DNA of 63,416 nucleotides, counting the filler, from Candidatus Woesearchaeota archaeon CG1_02_57_44 (GTDB lineage Archaea; Nanobdellota; Nanobdellia; Woesearchaeales; CG1-02-57-44): NCBI GenBank assembly GCA_001871415.1. It is 4 parts of 4 records of this genome, joined end to end, with 100 filler letters (N's around TTAATTAATTAA, not from the genome) between each part and the next. Parts side by side here need not be neighbours in the genome. Positions count along the whole stretch, not along the records: positions 54,100 to 63,416 come from MNWW01000065.1; 3 more parts are not named here. The stretch is one strand, 5' to 3'. Under the pieces are notes generated by a model. That model ran no database searches. It was not told the origin of the DNA and saw nothing but the letters and a program-made list of their open reading frames with translations. The stretch's first letter is position 1. Every line of letters begins with the position of its first letter. The position numbers and the translations under genes were made by a program. Shown in pieces: positions 61,080 to 63,416 of the stretch.

Positions 61080-61952
61080 TCAGGGCAGACGGATACGCGT
61101 TCCTGCGAGCCGGACCAGACCTTCACGCTGCAGTCGCGCCGCGATGGCCGAGACGTCTTTTCCAGGCCATTGCCGCCGCAGCTCGTCAAGCAGGCATTCT
61201 CCCTGCGCAGCGAGCATACGTACAATCGCCCCGCGCACCTGTCGGTCTGATCCTTCGAATCTGCTCTGCCGTGACAGTGGCTTGATGCCCGTGCTGCTGC
61301 TGGTGGCGACCATGGCGCCATAGTCCATGAGTGCGTTATGCCAGTCCCTGCTGTGCCCGCGAGGTATGCATCTGAGGGCTATCTCTTCCAGCTGCCCGGC
61401 AGAAACATCCTCGCCGAGGACCAGCTCGTGCAGGAGCACGCGTCGCACATTCGTGTCGATGACCGCGACATCTTGATTGAATGCGAATGCCAGTATCGCG
61501 CGAGCCGTATAGACACCGATGCCAGGCAGCGCGATAAGCGCCGTTTCATCCATAGGCACCTTGCCCTGATGCAACGCGAGTATCTGCCGGCACGCGCCTC
61601 GAAGACGAAGAGCCCTGCTGTTGTACCCTAACCCGGACCATAGTTTCAGCACGCTCGCAGGCCTGCAGCGGGCGCAGCGCTCCAGCGTGGGCAATCGCTT
61701 CATCCAGCGTCGCCAGTAAGCAATGACCCGCTCCACCTGCGTCTGCTGCAGCATGACCTCGCTGACCAGGATGGCGTAGGGATCAGTAGTATTTCGCCAG
61801 GGAAGGTCTCGCCCCTGACGACGGTAATGGCCAAGGACCTTTCTGCGCAGGGCCGCGATGACGACGGTGCTTGGTGCCGCAGAATCTGGCGCATCTGACG
61901 ATGCGCCGCATCTTGCTGCAGGCCGCGCGGCACGTGACGACGCGCTACCCAT
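61080..61952 (-). CDS. mutY: MutY-like A/G-specific adenine glycosylase (HhH-GPD), lacking Fe-S cysteines
   Basis: RDLPWR, SEVMLQQTQV, WSGLGYNSRA, LPGIG.YTA, DTNVRR, ALMDYGA. Start placed at ATG 61952, overlapping the dus stop. Confidence 0.88.
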   Translation of the reverse strand: MGSASSRAARPAARCGASSDAPDSAAPSTVVIAALRRKVLGHYRRQGRDLPWRNTTDPYAILVSEVMLQQTQVERVIAYWRRWMKRLPTLERCARCRPASVLKLWSGLGYNSRALRLRGACRQILALHQGKVPMDETALIALPGIGVYTARAILAFAFNQDVAVIDTNVRRVLLHELVLGEDVSAGQLEEIALRCIPRGHSRDWHNALMDYGAMVATSSSTGIKPLSRQSRFEGSDRQVRGAIVRMLAAQGECLLDELRRQWPGKDVSAIAARLQREGLVRLAGTRIRLP

Positions 61953-62871
61953 CCAGACCCTCCATGATGGTGACGACGTTGTCCGCGTCCGCCGCGACCA
62001 TGATAGCTTCGCGCACACGCGCGCCACTAGGAATACCTTTGGAGAACTGCATGGCATGCGCCTTGAGCTGTTTGAGGTCTAGCGCGTGCCGCTTCCAGAA
62101 GAAGGTATAGCGCTGGAACTGCTCTCGTCGCGGTATCGGCTCGCAGGCACCTTCCCGCAGACAGGCGCGCACATCCGCGAAGAGTCCAGGATTGCCCATG
62201 GCGCCTCTGGCCAACAATATCGCGTCGACACCGCTCTCCTGCATGCGCTGCAGGAACTGCTCGGCGCTGAACACATCGCCGTTGCCGATGACCGGGATAC
62301 TGACCGCGTCTTTCACCTGCCGGATGATGTCCCAGTCAGCAGCGCCCCTATATCCCTGCTGCTGCGTTCTGCCATGGACAGCGATAGCAGAAGCACCAGC
62401 ATCTTCGATCCTGCGCGCGACTTCGACCGCGTTGATGTGCATGCGGTCATAGCCCGCGCGTATCTTGACCGTGATGGGCTTGTCCACAGTGTCAACCAGC
62501 CTACTGACCAGCGACGCTATCTTGTCAGGATCGCGCAGCAGCGCGCTGCCCGCGCCGGTCTTGATGACCTTCCACGCCGGGCATCCGCAGTTGATGTCTA
62601 TCGCATCGAAGCGGTACGCGAGCGCCTGCGCAGCGGCAGTAATTTCTTGTTCATTGCTGCCGAATAGCTGCACAGCGACAGGTGATTCTTCAGGCGCGAT
62701 GTCCAGCATCCGCAGGCTGGCCATATTGCCCCGGACAATAGCCGCGCTACTGACGAATTCCGTGGTCGTCATGCCCGCACCGTAGCTGCTGCATAGCGCC
62801 CGGAACGCGACGTCGGTGACGCCTGCCATGGGACTGAGCAGAGCAGGGGATTTAAGCGCAAAAAACTTCAT
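61945..62871 (-). CDS. dusB: tRNA-dihydrouridine synthase (DusB-like)
   Basis: SPMAGVTD, VQLFG, DINCGCP, GSALL, TVKIR.G, VHGRT, GNGDV, ARGAMGNP. Confidence 0.93.
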   Translation of the reverse strand: MKFFALKSPALLSPMAGVTDVAFRALCSSYGAGMTTTEFVSSAAIVRGNMASLRMLDIAPEESPVAVQLFGSNEQEITAAAQALAYRFDAIDINCGCPAWKVIKTGAGSALLRDPDKIASLVSRLVDTVDKPITVKIRAGYDRMHINAVEVARRIEDAGASAIAVHGRTQQQGYRGAADWDIIRQVKDAVSIPVIGNGDVFSAEQFLQRMQESGVDAILLARGAMGNPGLFADVRACLREGACEPIPRREQFQRYTFFWKRHALDLKQLKAHAMQFSKGIPSGARVREAIMVAADADNVVTIMEGLDG

Positions 62872-63416
62872 AACCATCCGGGGGCCATTCTTCCTTAAAT
62901 GCGTTGCGCAGTCTGTGGGGTTCTTCAAGACAATACGGCAAATGCCATTTCACAGAGCGGATCTGACCGGCACTGATAGCATAGAAGACAAGGGCACCTG
63001 AAAGAATAGACCAGCAAAGAAAAGTATGCATGAGGCGATAACAAAAATCCGCCACTCGGCGCTAACCGCGGCCTGAAGGCCGCGGTATTACCGCGCCTCG
63101 TCATTGCAGGCGGATTTTTGAATTCGCCTCATGCATACTTTTCTTTGCTGGTCTATTCTTTCAGGTGCCCTTGTCTTCTATGCTATCAGTGCCGGTCAGA
63201 TCCGCTCTGTGAAATGGCATTTGCCGTATTGTCTTGAAGAACCCCACAGACTGCGCAACGCATTTAAGGAAGAATGGCCCCCGGATGGTTATGAAGTTTT
63301 TTGCGCTTAAATCCCCTGCTCTGCTCAGTCCCATGGCAGGCGTCACCGACGTCGCGTTCCGGGCGCTATGCAGCAGCTACGGTGCGGGCATGACGACCAC
63401 GGAATTCGTCAGTAGC
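62746..63416. repeat. 293-bp perfect inverted repeat (62746-63038 / 63124-63416) with an 85-bp spacer; fold-back at contig end
   Basis: 63124-63416 is the reverse complement of 62746-63038 and includes a mirrored dus 5' end (ATG at 63291). Confidence 0.92.
63038..63124 (-). mobile_element. 138-bp element, copy 4 (only the second module present)
   Basis: 63044-63124 is identical to 1-81; the ATAA (TTAT) boundary is at 63038-63041. Confidence 0.8.

Noticed and set aside
63291..63416. Second dusB gene on the plus strand
   Set aside because: Exact mirror of 62746-62871 produced by the terminal fold-back.

Overview
GC-rich archaeal DNA with DPANN/Woesearchaeota-like gene content: PCNA, SUI1/aIF-1, PolB with a C-terminal PIP box, RNase J, CCA-less tRNAs, TATA boxes about 31 nt before start codons, and COG1361-type surface proteins. 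The window is four separate contigs (1-16004, 16105-31595, 31696-53999, 54100-63416) joined by artificial N44-TTAATTAATTAA-N44 linkers, so gene order across the gaps means nothing. Housekeeping genes include pyrG, secF/secD, rnj, pcna, polB, glpX, a class I aldolase, adk, sui1, a fumarase/aspartase, mutY-like, dusB, tRNA-Asn and tRNA-Ile. There are two MacB-type ABC/COG1361 modules, a Fic/Doc toxin-antitoxin-like pair, and a >4600-aa surface protein behind a small HTH gene with four palindromic operators. The most unusual locus is 36036-39490. Two tandem paralogues fuse a bacterial sigma70 region 2/3-like N-terminus to DUF4046-like repeats. Between them lie a 164-bp MITE and a ~26-bp-period array in which every unit carries a different short palindrome plus a semi-conserved tail (an 'inverse CRISPR' layout). 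Two families of non-autonomous structured elements are present: a 138-bp TTAT-bounded double-branched element (4 copies) and a 163/164-bp TIR element (2 copies). The last 293 bp are a fold-back inverted duplication primed exactly on the stem of the 138-bp element. All family assignments come from motif recognition by eye; no searches were run.
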